Shown here one piece after another: positions 11,195 to 21,260 of a stretch of 64,000 nt of DNA. A model generated the notes under the pieces. The model saw only the letters and a program-made list of their open reading frames with translations. It was not told where the DNA came from and did no database searches. Each line of letters opens with the position of its first letter. The stretch's first letter is position 1. The DNA is from Promethearchaeia archaeon (GTDB lineage: Archaea > Asgardarchaeota > Lokiarchaeia > Sigyniarchaeales > SOKP01). The stretch is from the NCBI GenBank assembly GCA_046483985.1, contig JAWOCD010000099.1, forward strand, positions 1 through 64,000, given 5' to 3'. The position numbers and the translations under genes were made by a program.

Positions 11195-11206
11195 AATTAG
11201 AAATCC

Positions 11207-12610
11207 TTATTTTAATGAATTTATCTTCTCTTTTAATAAATCTACGTGATAAACATCTTGGATTTCTTTATAATAATGTTGTGCTTCTCTAAAGGATGAG
11301 ATCGCCAAGTCAACTAAATTTTCTTTTAGATAAATTTTTCCAATTGCATGGTGTATATCCGCAACTTGCTTGATGTATTCTAATTCTTCATAGAGCTGAA
11401 GGGCATTCTCGAATTTTCTTAAAGCTTTATCCAATTTTGATAATTCCAAATAAATTTGACCAATTTTATAAGTCCCTTTTGCTTTTTTCTCATCTTGTCC
11501 AAATTTAGAGAAAATCTTATTCGCAAGCGTATAATATTCAATAGATTTAGAAAACTCTTCTTTAATTTCATATACCTTTGCCAACGTTTCCAATACCAAT
11601 GCTTCATTTATACTTTCTCTTGGATGATAAGTGCGAACAGCATCTAAGCTAAGGAAAAGGTGATTCTCAGCCTTCTTAATCTCTTGCTTCTTTAAATATG
11701 TTTTTCCAAGATAAAAGTAGCTTTCCCATTCTAATTCCGCTTTCATATACGGGGAGATTTTTTCTTGTATTTGCTCAATCAGATTAAGGGCCTTATTTAA
11801 AAAGGAGATGGATGTTTCATAATCTCGAGTATTCTTTAGAAAATACAATTTGCCTAATTTATTGTAGGTATTAACCATTCCGTATATTTCATTGGTGTTT
11901 TGAAAATATCTTAAATTCTGTTGCAGCCGCTGGTCAGCCTCCTCAAATTGATTCAATATTATCAAAATCTCTGCAAGATTACTATTTGTTTTAATCACAT
12001 CGTCCATAAGATCTTCCTTTTTAGCCAAGTTAAGCGCTTTTTTATAATAAGAATATGCTTGCTCAATATCTTGAATTAGGTAGTAAGCATTAGCAATATT
12101 ATTGTAAACTTTAATGAGTTTGGCATTTTCTTGTAATTGCTTTAATATTTTTAACGAATCATCGAAATGATAAATTGCCTCATCATAAAATCCTTTTTCT
12201 TCTAAAATTAAACCAATCTGATTGTGGGTAATTGCTATTTTCAGTCTATTTTTTTCTTCTTGAAAAGCTTCTAGGGCTTCTTTTAAAATTTTAAGTGAAT
12301 TCGAAAAGTCACGGTTATTATAATATATCCCTGCTTTTTCAAGCAATAAAGACCCAATCGGTTCTAATTTTTGCAAGTTTCCCTCGATTTGATCTTCGAG
12401 AGCGTTTAATTTGTCCTTGCTTTCTGAGTCAAAAGTCCGAAATAAATTACCTTGATGAGTATTTGTTACTGCAAATCCTTCAGTCTTCTCAGAATCAGTA
12501 TACTTCTCGCTTACTTTCAGATTTACAATTAAGGGTTTGTTGCAATGCTTACAAAATCGCCACTCCGGATTAACTTGTTTATTACAATAAGGACATTTCT
12601 CTGGGGGCAT
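11207..12610 (-). CDS. Zinc-ribbon plus tetratricopeptide repeat protein
   Basis: N-terminal CPYC...FCKHC, then multiple TPRs (e.g. AITHNQIGLILEEKGFYDEAIYHFDDSL). Confidence 0.88.
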   Translation of the reverse strand: MPPEKCPYCNKQVNPEWRFCKHCNKPLIVNLKVSEKYTDSEKTEGFAVTNTHQGNLFRTFDSESKDKLNALEDQIEGNLQKLEPIGSLLLEKAGIYYNNRDFSNSLKILKEALEAFQEEKNRLKIAITHNQIGLILEEKGFYDEAIYHFDDSLKILKQLQENAKLIKVYNNIANAYYLIQDIEQAYSYYKKALNLAKKEDLMDDVIKTNSNLAEILIILNQFEEADQRLQQNLRYFQNTNEIYGMVNTYNKLGKLYFLKNTRDYETSISFLNKALNLIEQIQEKISPYMKAELEWESYFYLGKTYLKKQEIKKAENHLFLSLDAVRTYHPRESINEALVLETLAKVYEIKEEFSKSIEYYTLANKIFSKFGQDEKKAKGTYKIGQIYLELSKLDKALRKFENALQLYEELEYIKQVADIHHAIGKIYLKENLVDLAISSFREAQHYYKEIQDVYHVDLLKEKINSLK

Positions 12611-12677
12611 TCTTACATTTTAAAAAAGGAAAAAAGTATTTAAAATTATTTATAAAAAATTATGAATCTATATATTT

Positions 12678-13631
12678 TTAAGAATTAAGAAGTTCTTCTT
12701 GATCTTTCGTATTTCTATATTCGTTCAATCTCTTTTTGAGATCTTCATCAGTTAAACCCGTTGATTTAAGTAACAATTCAATTTGGAGTTTTGCATTTTT
12801 TGCTCCAACTTTTTTTGATAAATCTAAGGCCCTAATAAATTGGTGTTTTGCCTCTTTATTTTTATCCAACCTGAATAAAGTTTCACCGACATAGGACAGA
12901 CCTTTTATTATCATTTCCGCATAGTTAGCATCGATTGCCGCATTAGTCCCTCTTTTAAAGGAATCAAGAGCTTGTTGGTCATCTTCGAGTTTTTTTCCTT
13001 CAAGGATGCCTAAATTAAAATATGTATTTACTATACCACGAGTATCATCCAATTCTTGAAATGCTTCTAGCACTTTGAGATATAATTCATAAACAAGATC
13101 CCATTGCTCTTCATCTTCATAAACGGAGATTAACTGTCCTAAACAATCTAATAAGTTATAAATATCATTTGTTTCAGAACATAATTCGCTGCATTTTAAG
13201 TAAATATCCGTTGCTTCCTCCCTTTTACTCAAATTTGAATATGCCTCTCCCAAGAATTTATAAGAGGTAATTAACTCCTTCTTTTGTTTTAATTGGTCAT
13301 AGATTTCAGCAGCTTTTTCAAAATACTTTATAGTTTCTTCATATCCTTCTTGTTTATAATATAGCGTCCCTAACATCCCTAAAACTGCAGCTTGACCTAA
13401 TTTATCCTTCTGCTTTTTAAAATGAACAAGACACGTTTTCAGCTTTTCTTCTGCCTCCTTATATCTATTAAGTTCTAGTTCCAATAGTGCAATGTCACTC
13501 AGTGTTTGAATATATTGAGAATTTTTACCCGCTTGTTCTAATTCTTTAAGTTGGGTCTGTTTTTCTTGTAATTTTTGTTTTAACTCCTTCTTGGATATCT
13601 CCTTATCATTTTGATGAGAAATATTAGGCAA
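12678..13631 (-). CDS. Tetratricopeptide repeat protein
   Basis: TPRs such as AAVLGMLGTLYYKQEGYEETIKYFEKAAEIY. Tandem and co-oriented with the 11207 TPR gene. Start uncertain. Confidence 0.85.
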   Translation of the reverse strand: MPNISHQNDKEISKKELKQKLQEKQTQLKELEQAGKNSQYIQTLSDIALLELELNRYKEAEEKLKTCLVHFKKQKDKLGQAAVLGMLGTLYYKQEGYEETIKYFEKAAEIYDQLKQKKELITSYKFLGEAYSNLSKREEATDIYLKCSELCSETNDIYNLLDCLGQLISVYEDEEQWDLVYELYLKVLEAFQELDDTRGIVNTYFNLGILEGKKLEDDQQALDSFKRGTNAAIDANYAEMIIKGLSYVGETLFRLDKNKEAKHQFIRALDLSKKVGAKNAKLQIELLLKSTGLTDEDLKKRLNEYRNTKDQEELLNS

Positions 13632-13800
13632 CCACCATGTAAGTTAAATTCTTGATTAAGTTAGATAATAATCTTCTCATACTAGTTGAGTCATCAAATC
13701 CTTTTATAGTATATACAAAAAAATTATAAATTGAGCCTTGATTAAATAAAAATTAGTATAAACGAGAATTAACTTTATTTGATGAGATGAAAAGAGAAAT

Positions 13801-14916
13801 TTGAAAAAAAAGGCTAGATTATGGGAAAAAAAAGATAATAAAAATTTCGTCCAATGTCATGTCTGTGCGAATGAATGTGTCATCAGTCCCGGAAAGGTTG
13901 GTCGGTGCAGAACAAGGAAAAATTTTGATGGAGAATTATACTCACTTATTTACGGATCTTTAAATTCTTCTGGGAGTCTAGATCCCATTGAGAAAAAGCC
14001 GTTATATAACTTTTGGCCTGGGCATACCGCCTATTCTATAGCCTCTATTGGTTGCTCTTTCCGATGTAAGAATTGTCAAAATTGGTCGCTTAGTCAAGCC
14101 TCTCCAACTGATGACGGAAAAAACGGATACTATGATTTGGAAGAGTTTAAAAACCGTCGGATGTCCTTGGTGGAGCTTACTCCAAAAGAATTGGTCAAAA
14201 GAGTGACAAACAGTGGAGCCAAAACGTTAGCTTTTACATACAATGAACCTCTCATTTGGCACGAATATATATTGGATGTTACCAAGCTCTTGAAGAAGAA
14301 AGAAATTAAGTCTCTTTTGGTTACAAATGGGTATTCCACTCCGGAGGCATCAAAAGAATTAATTGAAACAGGAATAGATGCAGCAAATATCGATATTAAA
14401 GCCATGAACGATGGATTTTACAAGGAAATTTGCGGTGTAGACTCCATGCAGCCCGTTTTAGACACGGCAAAGCGTTTTAAGGAAAATGGAATCCATGTGG
14501 AAATAACTAACCTCATTATTCCTACTCTAAATGATACGGAAGAGGAGCTTCAAGAATTATGTGAGTGGGTTGTTAAAAACTTAGGAAAAAATACGCCAAT
14601 TCACTTTTCAGCGTATCATCCCGATTTTCAAAGTCCCGTAAACCAAAGAACTCCTTATAAAACGCTCGATTTAGCGTATAACATCGCAAAAGAGTCAGGA
14701 ATTTATTATCCTTACGTAGGTAATATACGGCATGAAAAGGGAGGAAATACCTATTGTCCACAGTGTGGACATCTTTTATTTGAGCGTCGAGGGTATATGT
14801 TTGAACAAATTAATGTCAAAACAGACAAAAAATGTCCAAATTGTAATTATAATTTAAAAGACGATATTATTGGCGAATTAAATCCCGAGCCAACCCACAG
14901 ATTTTCAATTTTTTAA
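13801..14916 (+). CDS. amrS: AmmeMemoRadiSam system radical SAM enzyme
   Basis: VQCHVCANEC, DPIEKKPLYNFWPG, CxxxCxxC (GCSFRCKNCQNW), TYNEP, YVGN, CPQCG. Confidence 0.92.
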   Translation: MKKKARLWEKKDNKNFVQCHVCANECVISPGKVGRCRTRKNFDGELYSLIYGSLNSSGSLDPIEKKPLYNFWPGHTAYSIASIGCSFRCKNCQNWSLSQASPTDDGKNGYYDLEEFKNRRMSLVELTPKELVKRVTNSGAKTLAFTYNEPLIWHEYILDVTKLLKKKEIKSLLVTNGYSTPEASKELIETGIDAANIDIKAMNDGFYKEICGVDSMQPVLDTAKRFKENGIHVEITNLIIPTLNDTEEELQELCEWVVKNLGKNTPIHFSAYHPDFQSPVNQRTPYKTLDLAYNIAKESGIYYPYVGNIRHEKGGNTYCPQCGHLLFERRGYMFEQINVKTDKKCPNCNYNLKDDIIGELNPEPTHRFSIF

Positions 14917-14959
14917 ATTATTTAGTAGTAGGTTAAAATATAAAAAAATTGAAAATTAG

Positions 14960-15625
14960 TTAAAAAATCAGAGACGAACCAACGACCAGCAACATAAATC
15001 CTTGGATAAAGCAAAATAGAGAGACAACAAGGGCAAGCGGAGGCCATGATATGATTTTTGAAAGGGCCATAATCCCCGCAGTGTAAATGTAGGCGACTAT
15101 TGCAACTACTGCAAATACAACGATGAAAATTATTAAGAGCACAGTTTTGGGATTTGCATATTCGGCAATGAGAGTTACTGCTTGATCGGGAATCGTTAAA
15201 GCAACAAAAATCGATGCTGCAGACGCTGCAAGTAATCCAATAATACTCGGAATGGGTAAATCATTTAAAGGCTTAAGAAAAGTTAAAAGTCCTAATACGA
15301 TAAGAAAAAGCGCAGTGAATAAATGTTTTGATTCATTAATTTGATGGGCATATGCTAAACTGGGTTCCACATCAAGAATTATTTCCCCCACTCCACTTAG
15401 AATACTTAATATCCCTACGATAAAGCCCAGAAAACTTAAAATTCTCAAGAACAAGGAAATCTTAAAATCCCAATCATCTATATTCAAAATTTTTTTCCAA
15501 GTTTTTCTTCGATTCGCTTCATGCAAACCATAAATTAGCCATATCACTCCCAAAAGAATTAAGAAAAACGCACCAAACTGAGCTAATGGGCTTATCAACC
15601 CCTCAACAATACCTTGATTTAACAT
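14960..15625 (-). CDS. Hypothetical multi-pass membrane protein
   Basis: 221 aa with about 6 hydrophobic segments. Confidence 0.75.
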   Translation of the reverse strand: MLNQGIVEGLISPLAQFGAFFLILLGVIWLIYGLHEANRRKTWKKILNIDDWDFKISLFLRILSFLGFIVGILSILSGVGEIILDVEPSLAYAHQINESKHLFTALFLIVLGLLTFLKPLNDLPIPSIIGLLAASAASIFVALTIPDQAVTLIAEYANPKTVLLIIFIVVFAVVAIVAYIYTAGIMALSKIISWPPLALVVSLFCFIQGFMLLVVGSSLIF

Positions 15626-15739
15626 AATAATTGCACTTACTTTGGCATTAATTTTTCAATATCTTATGTTAATAAATTTGTATATAATATATATATGTGT
15701 GGGAGTCCAATTTTTTAATAAAAAAATAATAAAAAAAGA

Positions 15740-17428
15740 TTAAATAAAAGCAACAGTCTTTTTTACATAGTCCATATATGTGGCAATTTCCTCATTCTTC
15801 CGCTCCTCTGTCCACCCATATTCTTCGGCCATTATATCAGCAACAGCTTCCGCAATTTTTTTGGCTTTCTCATGATGAACAAATAAACTCATCTCGGTCC
15901 TGACTCGAAACACATCCATAAGATGAAGAGTAAGCTCATGCCGAAGAATGTAGATAATTTCACCCTTAATGAAATTATTATCAGGGTCGATTCTTTTTTT
16001 TAGCGATTTATCATCCTTAATCATCTCTAAGATTTTCAGAGCACCTCTTCCATATTGCTGATAAAGATGATTACTAATCTCCTCATCCAACTGAAAGGGA
16101 GAGGCTTTTAAGTGTTTGAACCACTCCTCTTTCTCAAGAGAAACGAGAAATCTTTTCTTCGAAACATTCTTTTTCACCTTTAAATCCGGAAAAATCTCTT
16201 TATCTTCAATTTCTTCCATTAAATCTTCAGCCATTTTTCGAAATGTGGTATATTTTCCTCCTGTAATTGTGAGCAATCCATCGGGCGACCAAAAAATCTC
16301 ATGTTTTCTCGAAACGTCTGACTCCGATTTTCCTTTTTGCATGACAAGCGGTCTAATGCCTGCATACGTAGATATAAGATTTTCATAACCTAATTCAGCC
16401 GTTGGAAAATAATATTTTACAGACTTGATTAAATAATCTGCATCTTCTTTGGTACAGAAGGGTTGAGCAAGTTCCTTATTATAATCTGTATCAGTAGTTC
16501 CGATAATCGTATAATCTCCACGAGGAAGCACAAAAAATGCGCGATCATCGGTTATGGATCGAATGATGGTTGCCATATTATTTTTTACCTTGTCCCTTTC
16601 ATAAATTAAATGGACTCCTTTGGTCGGTCTCATAATAGGCTTTGGAACATCTTCTGGGTATGATTCCAACAGATCATCAGTCCAAATTCCCGTCGCATTA
16701 ACCACTACCTTTCCTTTTATCTCAAACGTCTCCCCACTCTCATGATCTTTACATTCAACTCCTTGTACCTTCCCATTTTCTTTGAGATGGTTAGTTACCT
16801 CACAATAATTCACAACGTCTGCTCCCCGCACAACTGCCTCTTTCAAGGTTTCAATAACTATCCTGCCATCGTCCATATTATTATCCCAGTATATTGCTCC
16901 CCCTTGATTGCCTTCTTTTTTTATCTCCGGTTCAAACTCAAATACTTTTTCTGGAGAATACCATTTATGTTTTTTATAATTATTGTATTTAGAGAACCAG
17001 TCACTTAATATATCATATAAGGTGGTGGCAAGTTTAATCTCAAATTTACTTTCTTTTCCATTTTCCCAATCTATAAAAAGGAATGGTATCGGTCTAATGA
17101 TATGAGGTAAATCATGTAGTAACCAATTCCTTTCGGTCGTGGCTTCGCGTACCAAGCCAAATTCTAAATTTGCAAGATAACGAATGCCGCCATGGGCTAA
17201 TTTAGAACTTCTTGAAGAAGTACCAGCAGCAAAATCTTGCATTTCGACTAATGCCACCTTTAAGTCTCGCATTACAGCTTCCCGAGCGACTCCTGCTCCA
17301 GTTATTCCTCCTCCGATGACAATAATATCATAATCCGTATTTTTAAGATTTTTAAGGATTGTCTCTCGGTTTTCATAATTCCAAGACATATCGAACAACT
17401 TATCTTCAATTTCTGGCATTTTGCTCAT
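15740..17428 (-). CDS. glpD: FAD-dependent glycerol-3-phosphate dehydrogenase/oxidase (GlpA/GlpD family)
   Basis: IGGGITGAG, DFAAGTSSRSSKLAHGGIRYL, NATGIWTD, GTTDTDY, YAGIRPL, GGKYTTFRKMAE. Confidence 0.9.
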   Translation of the reverse strand: MSKMPEIEDKLFDMSWNYENRETILKNLKNTDYDIIVIGGGITGAGVAREAVMRDLKVALVEMQDFAAGTSSRSSKLAHGGIRYLANLEFGLVREATTERNWLLHDLPHIIRPIPFLFIDWENGKESKFEIKLATTLYDILSDWFSKYNNYKKHKWYSPEKVFEFEPEIKKEGNQGGAIYWDNNMDDGRIVIETLKEAVVRGADVVNYCEVTNHLKENGKVQGVECKDHESGETFEIKGKVVVNATGIWTDDLLESYPEDVPKPIMRPTKGVHLIYERDKVKNNMATIIRSITDDRAFFVLPRGDYTIIGTTDTDYNKELAQPFCTKEDADYLIKSVKYYFPTAELGYENLISTYAGIRPLVMQKGKSESDVSRKHEIFWSPDGLLTITGGKYTTFRKMAEDLMEEIEDKEIFPDLKVKKNVSKKRFLVSLEKEEWFKHLKASPFQLDEEISNHLYQQYGRGALKILEMIKDDKSLKKRIDPDNNFIKGEIIYILRHELTLHLMDVFRVRTEMSLFVHHEKAKKIAEAVADIMAEEYGWTEERKNEEIATYMDYVKKTVAFI

Positions 17429-17519
17429 TTTTTCTCGTACTTTTTGCTTATTTTAATTTACTATAAAAATACTAAATTGTCCAAATTTTAAAATATTTGA
17501 TTTTATAATTTTTTAACCT

Positions 17520-18722
17520 TTAACTTGGAAAGGTTGGGATATCTTCTTCAACATATTTCATATAATTCTTAATAAAATGTTTTAATTGGGAGAGATTTGG
17601 AGATTCTCCAGTGCGTACAAAAATGGCTGTTAGACTATTTCCAAGTAAAAGTGCCTCAGCTGGCGTAATATCACAGCAAAGGGCGATAGCTGCTCCAGAA
17701 TGAAAATGATCCCCTGCTCCAGTGGTATATTGGGGGGAGGAAGTATGTCCCTCGGTGACCCAATAATGGTCTTGGTTTTCAAGAGTAACGGTGGCAAAAT
17801 GCGGAGAATGGATAATTAAATAGGAGAGGTTAATGTGTTTATTTATATTTTTGCCGCCGTCAACATAATCTTCAAAATTTTCTTTGGTGGGATTGATATT
17901 GTCTACCTGACCTAGGGCTTTAGTGATATCAATAGATTCTTGATCATTTAAACTTAACATGACCGGGACTTTTTTATCTATTTTGGCAAGAAGGTCAAGC
18001 ATTCGTCGTATATCTTCATCGCTTCTCTTTTTAATATCGGCTAAATCAACAAAGAATAGTTTATTTTCCAATTTATCAATTTTTGGAAAGACCTCATCCA
18101 GCATATGTTGCCATATCTCGTTAAAATGGGGCAATAGTGACCAATGGCCGAATCCCATTAATGTAGAGTTCTCAATCAGAGAAATTAATTTCTCCAATCC
18201 AATCCGTTCGATTAATAAATCCCAGTTAATATTCATCACATTCGCGAAATCAGTAAGCATAATCTTCCCATCATCAAATTCTAGACCCAATGTTTCTCCA
18301 GGATCCGAAAAATTAAGCGTATTTACCGCCTCTCGGTCAGTTAGGTCTTTAAATATAGGTTTTATTTTGGGATAGCCCACTGCAGCAATCAGATTAACTT
18401 TTATTCCTAACCCGTTAATTGCTTTGGCTGTATTGGGGGCAAAACCACCAGAGGTTCTTTTCTTTAATACTCGTTCTATGTTTGCCGAACTACCAGCAAC
18501 ATCTTGTACAATTTGGCCAAAAGTGCTCATATTATCCATCCTTGTCCATTTTAAAGGACTTTTGCGAGATTTTACAAGGGAATACAATGAATCTACATAT
18601 CCATCTAATCCCAAAAAACATGTTTTTGATTGGAACTGGTTCTTTAATTTAGGAAGTTTTCTAAGAAGGGATTGCTGAGTTTTTATGGTGACATCGTATT
18701 CGTTCCTTTTTTCATATTCCAT
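17520..18722 (-). CDS. PfkB/ribokinase-superfamily carbohydrate kinase-like protein
   Basis: C-terminal TTGAGDHFHSG anion-hole motif, N-terminal LGLDGYVD, and GG-x-x-P-N-x-A. Confidence 0.75.
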   Translation of the reverse strand: MEYEKRNEYDVTIKTQQSLLRKLPKLKNQFQSKTCFLGLDGYVDSLYSLVKSRKSPLKWTRMDNMSTFGQIVQDVAGSSANIERVLKKRTSGGFAPNTAKAINGLGIKVNLIAAVGYPKIKPIFKDLTDREAVNTLNFSDPGETLGLEFDDGKIMLTDFANVMNINWDLLIERIGLEKLISLIENSTLMGFGHWSLLPHFNEIWQHMLDEVFPKIDKLENKLFFVDLADIKKRSDEDIRRMLDLLAKIDKKVPVMLSLNDQESIDITKALGQVDNINPTKENFEDYVDGGKNINKHINLSYLIIHSPHFATVTLENQDHYWVTEGHTSSPQYTTGAGDHFHSGAAIALCCDITPAEALLLGNSLTAIFVRTGESPNLSQLKHFIKNYMKYVEEDIPTFPS

Positions 18723-18781
18723 AAATAATTTAATTTTAAAACCATTAAAAAATTTTCAAACTAATCTTAATCTTAGGAAAT

Positions 18782-19855
18782 TCAATTATGATTTAAGAGT
18801 TTCTGAAAAATAAGCGGTAAGGAACGGATATCTTCATAGTTATGCTCTATACTTTTTTTTATAAGACCCACATATCGGTTAGGGTTCTTCTTATAGCGCC
18901 GGTAACATAATCCAACTAAATTGCTCGGTAATTCATTATCACGTTTTGAATTTAAAAGAATGCGTTCCATATTGGTTAAAGTAAAGTCTTGATATTTTTG
19001 CTTAAAAACCCGGCGGCAATTATGATACAGGTCAATATGATGGTACTTAGTATTTATATCTTCATAAGGGGTATCGGACTCTCCAATCATTGGGTTTTCA
19101 TCAAAAAAATAAAGGAGTCGGTTAGAAATATAGGGAATATCAAAACTTTTTCCGTTATAGGTTACAAAACATTTAAACTGCGGCATAATTTCTTGGCGAA
19201 AATGCTCGCATAGAGCCATTTCACTTTCCAATTTGTTGGCAAATAAGACTCGAATATGAAAACCGTGGTCTTTCGTGAAATATCCAAAACCGATCATAAT
19301 TATAGGACTATCATACAGTCCCAAGGTTTCTATATCCAAAAAGAGGAAATCTGTTAGATTAAAACAAAAACTCACGTCAATATCATAGATATACCGGTTT
19401 CGAAGTAACTGGGGATAGGTTTTATTTTTAATATAACTTAAGATTTTTTTGGCGGATTTTCCAAAACGTAAATGGTTCTGCAGATCAGTAAGGGTCACCA
19501 TTCCCCGTTTATGGAACTCTTTTTCGGTGATTTCACCAATGTTATAAATGAGCTTAAGATTCTTAATCAATTTCTTCTTGGTTTGCGATATCGGTAAATT
19601 ACATGGAAATTCCTCATAATCCCATGAAAATTCTGTGAATCGGCCCATTTTGTTTTCAATATACCGATGATCGGAAAAGAGCGTTTCCAACTCTTCTCCT
19701 TGATAATCTTCAATCAAGGTAGTGATATTAAATTCTGTGCTGCGGCGATACATTATCATGTTATAATTATCAGTAATATTTAATAACTTATTCCCTTCCG
19801 ATTTATTAAAATCTTTCTCGCACTCTAGTGGTGAAATTAGAAGAAGCTTGGACAA
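18782..19855 (-). CDS. YprB/RNase_H_2-like DEDD 3'-5' exonuclease with a helix-hairpin-helix-like segment
   Basis: FLDIETLG, TYNGKSFD, HIDLY, HNYEDI, plus the HhH-like LKLIYNIGEITE. The true start may be the ATG near 19759/19753. Confidence 0.85.
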   Translation of the reverse strand: MSKLLLISPLECEKDFNKSEGNKLLNITDNYNMIMYRRSTEFNITTLIEDYQGEELETLFSDHRYIENKMGRFTEFSWDYEEFPCNLPISQTKKKLIKNLKLIYNIGEITEKEFHKRGMVTLTDLQNHLRFGKSAKKILSYIKNKTYPQLLRNRYIYDIDVSFCFNLTDFLFLDIETLGLYDSPIIMIGFGYFTKDHGFHIRVLFANKLESEMALCEHFRQEIMPQFKCFVTYNGKSFDIPYISNRLLYFFDENPMIGESDTPYEDINTKYHHIDLYHNCRRVFKQKYQDFTLTNMERILLNSKRDNELPSNLVGLCYRRYKKNPNRYVGLIKKSIEHNYEDIRSLPLIFQKLLNHN

Positions 19856-20129
19856 GGTTGTATCTGAATTTCACGATCGGCTCTCCAACGACATTGAGGG
19901 TCAAGAGCAAAAGATCTTTCAAGGGAATATAAGTTAATTCAAATTACATATAGGATAAAAATGAGCAAATTATCCATAGGTACTAGCTTTTTAATCTTTT
20001 ATTTCACCTATTAAGCAATTTCGCAAAAATGAAAGGTGAGCTATAATCTCTAACTAATCTATTTAAATACCTTTCTTACTTTATTTATATAATAATACAA
20101 TTAAGAACATAAATCATTCATAAGTTAAA

Positions 20130-20885
20130 ATGACTGTCTCATTAACTACCCTTCAGTTGTTACAAGGGGTTTTTACATTGGCGATGGTGGTTATATCATC
20201 TTTCTCAGGGTTAATAATTATGCTCAAATACCAAAAATACAAACAAAAGCAATTACTTTTCGTAGGAATAACTTGGATATTCCTTGGATCCCCCTATTGG
20301 GGTGATGCAATCTCGTTTCTTTTGATAATTTTTACTGGAGCAAAATTAGACTGGGGGATTTATTTTTTCCTCGCAAACGCATTCATTGCTCCTCTACATA
20401 TAACTTGGATCATAGTAATTACAAATTTTCTATATAAAAGTCGGAAGAAATTAATGCTTTTGGTTTTTAGCATTGAGGCAATTATTTTCGAAACAATTTT
20501 CTTGGTCTTATATTTTTCAGATATAACTTTAATAGGAGCCCCCCAAAGTGCGTTTTATGTGAGATGGAATCCGATAATCATCTTTTATTTACTTTTCTCC
20601 ATTTTCTTATTCCTTATTACGGGACTTCTTTTTACGAGAGAATCTTTAAAATCAAGAAATAAAGAAATACGGCTTAAGGGGAAATCTCTAATTGTCGCAT
20701 TTATTAGTTTTAGTATTGGTACTTTTTTGGATTCAGCCTTTGATTTAAGCCAAGTTCCGCCCGGAGTCGGAGAGACCATTGTTGTCTTGGCGAGAACTTT
20801 TGTGATTATCGCAGCTTTTGCTTTCTATATCGGGTTTATCCTTCCAGAAAGCATAAAGAAACATTTCTTAAAAGATTCAGAGTAA
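20130..20885 (+). CDS. 7-TM membrane protein (expanded Lokiarchaeia-type family)
   Basis: Seven hydrophobic segments; IRLKGKSLIVAFISFSIGTFLD and FYIGFILP motifs. Confidence 0.75.
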   Translation: MTVSLTTLQLLQGVFTLAMVVISSFSGLIIMLKYQKYKQKQLLFVGITWIFLGSPYWGDAISFLLIIFTGAKLDWGIYFFLANAFIAPLHITWIIVITNFLYKSRKKLMLLVFSIEAIIFETIFLVLYFSDITLIGAPQSAFYVRWNPIIIFYLLFSIFLFLITGLLFTRESLKSRNKEIRLKGKSLIVAFISFSIGTFLDSAFDLSQVPPGVGETIVVLARTFVIIAAFAFYIGFILPESIKKHFLKDSE

Positions 20886-20963
20886 TAATTTCATCTTTAA
20901 TGATAAAAATTCGAAGCAAAAAACTTTCGGACCGTCCCCTTATTTTCGCTATAATTTTTTTAT

Positions 20964-21232
20964 CAAAAAAGCAAAAGAAAACTACATCCTTTGGGATGGA
21001 GACGATTTCTGCGTTTAAATCACTAAATATCTTAAGACCATATTTTTAAATAGTTCAATATCTAACTTATAATTATACAATGCTTCGGACTAATACCTTA
21101 GGATTAATATATTCGTAATTATAAAAAGAAGCAAAACCTTAATTTAAGGTTGGAGAACAACCTATATTGTCTAATGTATTGATCAAGCATTAGAGGATAT
21201 GAATCTCACGCCTTTAAGTGTGAGTAGTTCAA
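20964..21232 (+). mobile_element. Non-autonomous IS200/IS605-family mini-element (PATE/MITE-like), degenerate
   Basis: Left end: TTAT|14 nt|AAAA-CTACATCC-TTT-GGGATGGAG hairpin. Right end: GAAT-CTCACGC-CTTTAA-GTGTGAG-TAGT-TCAA. No tnpA or tnpB inside. The right end is homologous to 60648-60704. Confidence 0.75.
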
Positions 21233-21260
21233 GAAGAAATAAATTAGATTGTGAATCGCT

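Noticed and set aside
19790-19940. Short plus-strand open frame upstream of the exonuclease gene
   Set aside because: No convincing start, RBS or motif; cannot be supported without a homology search.
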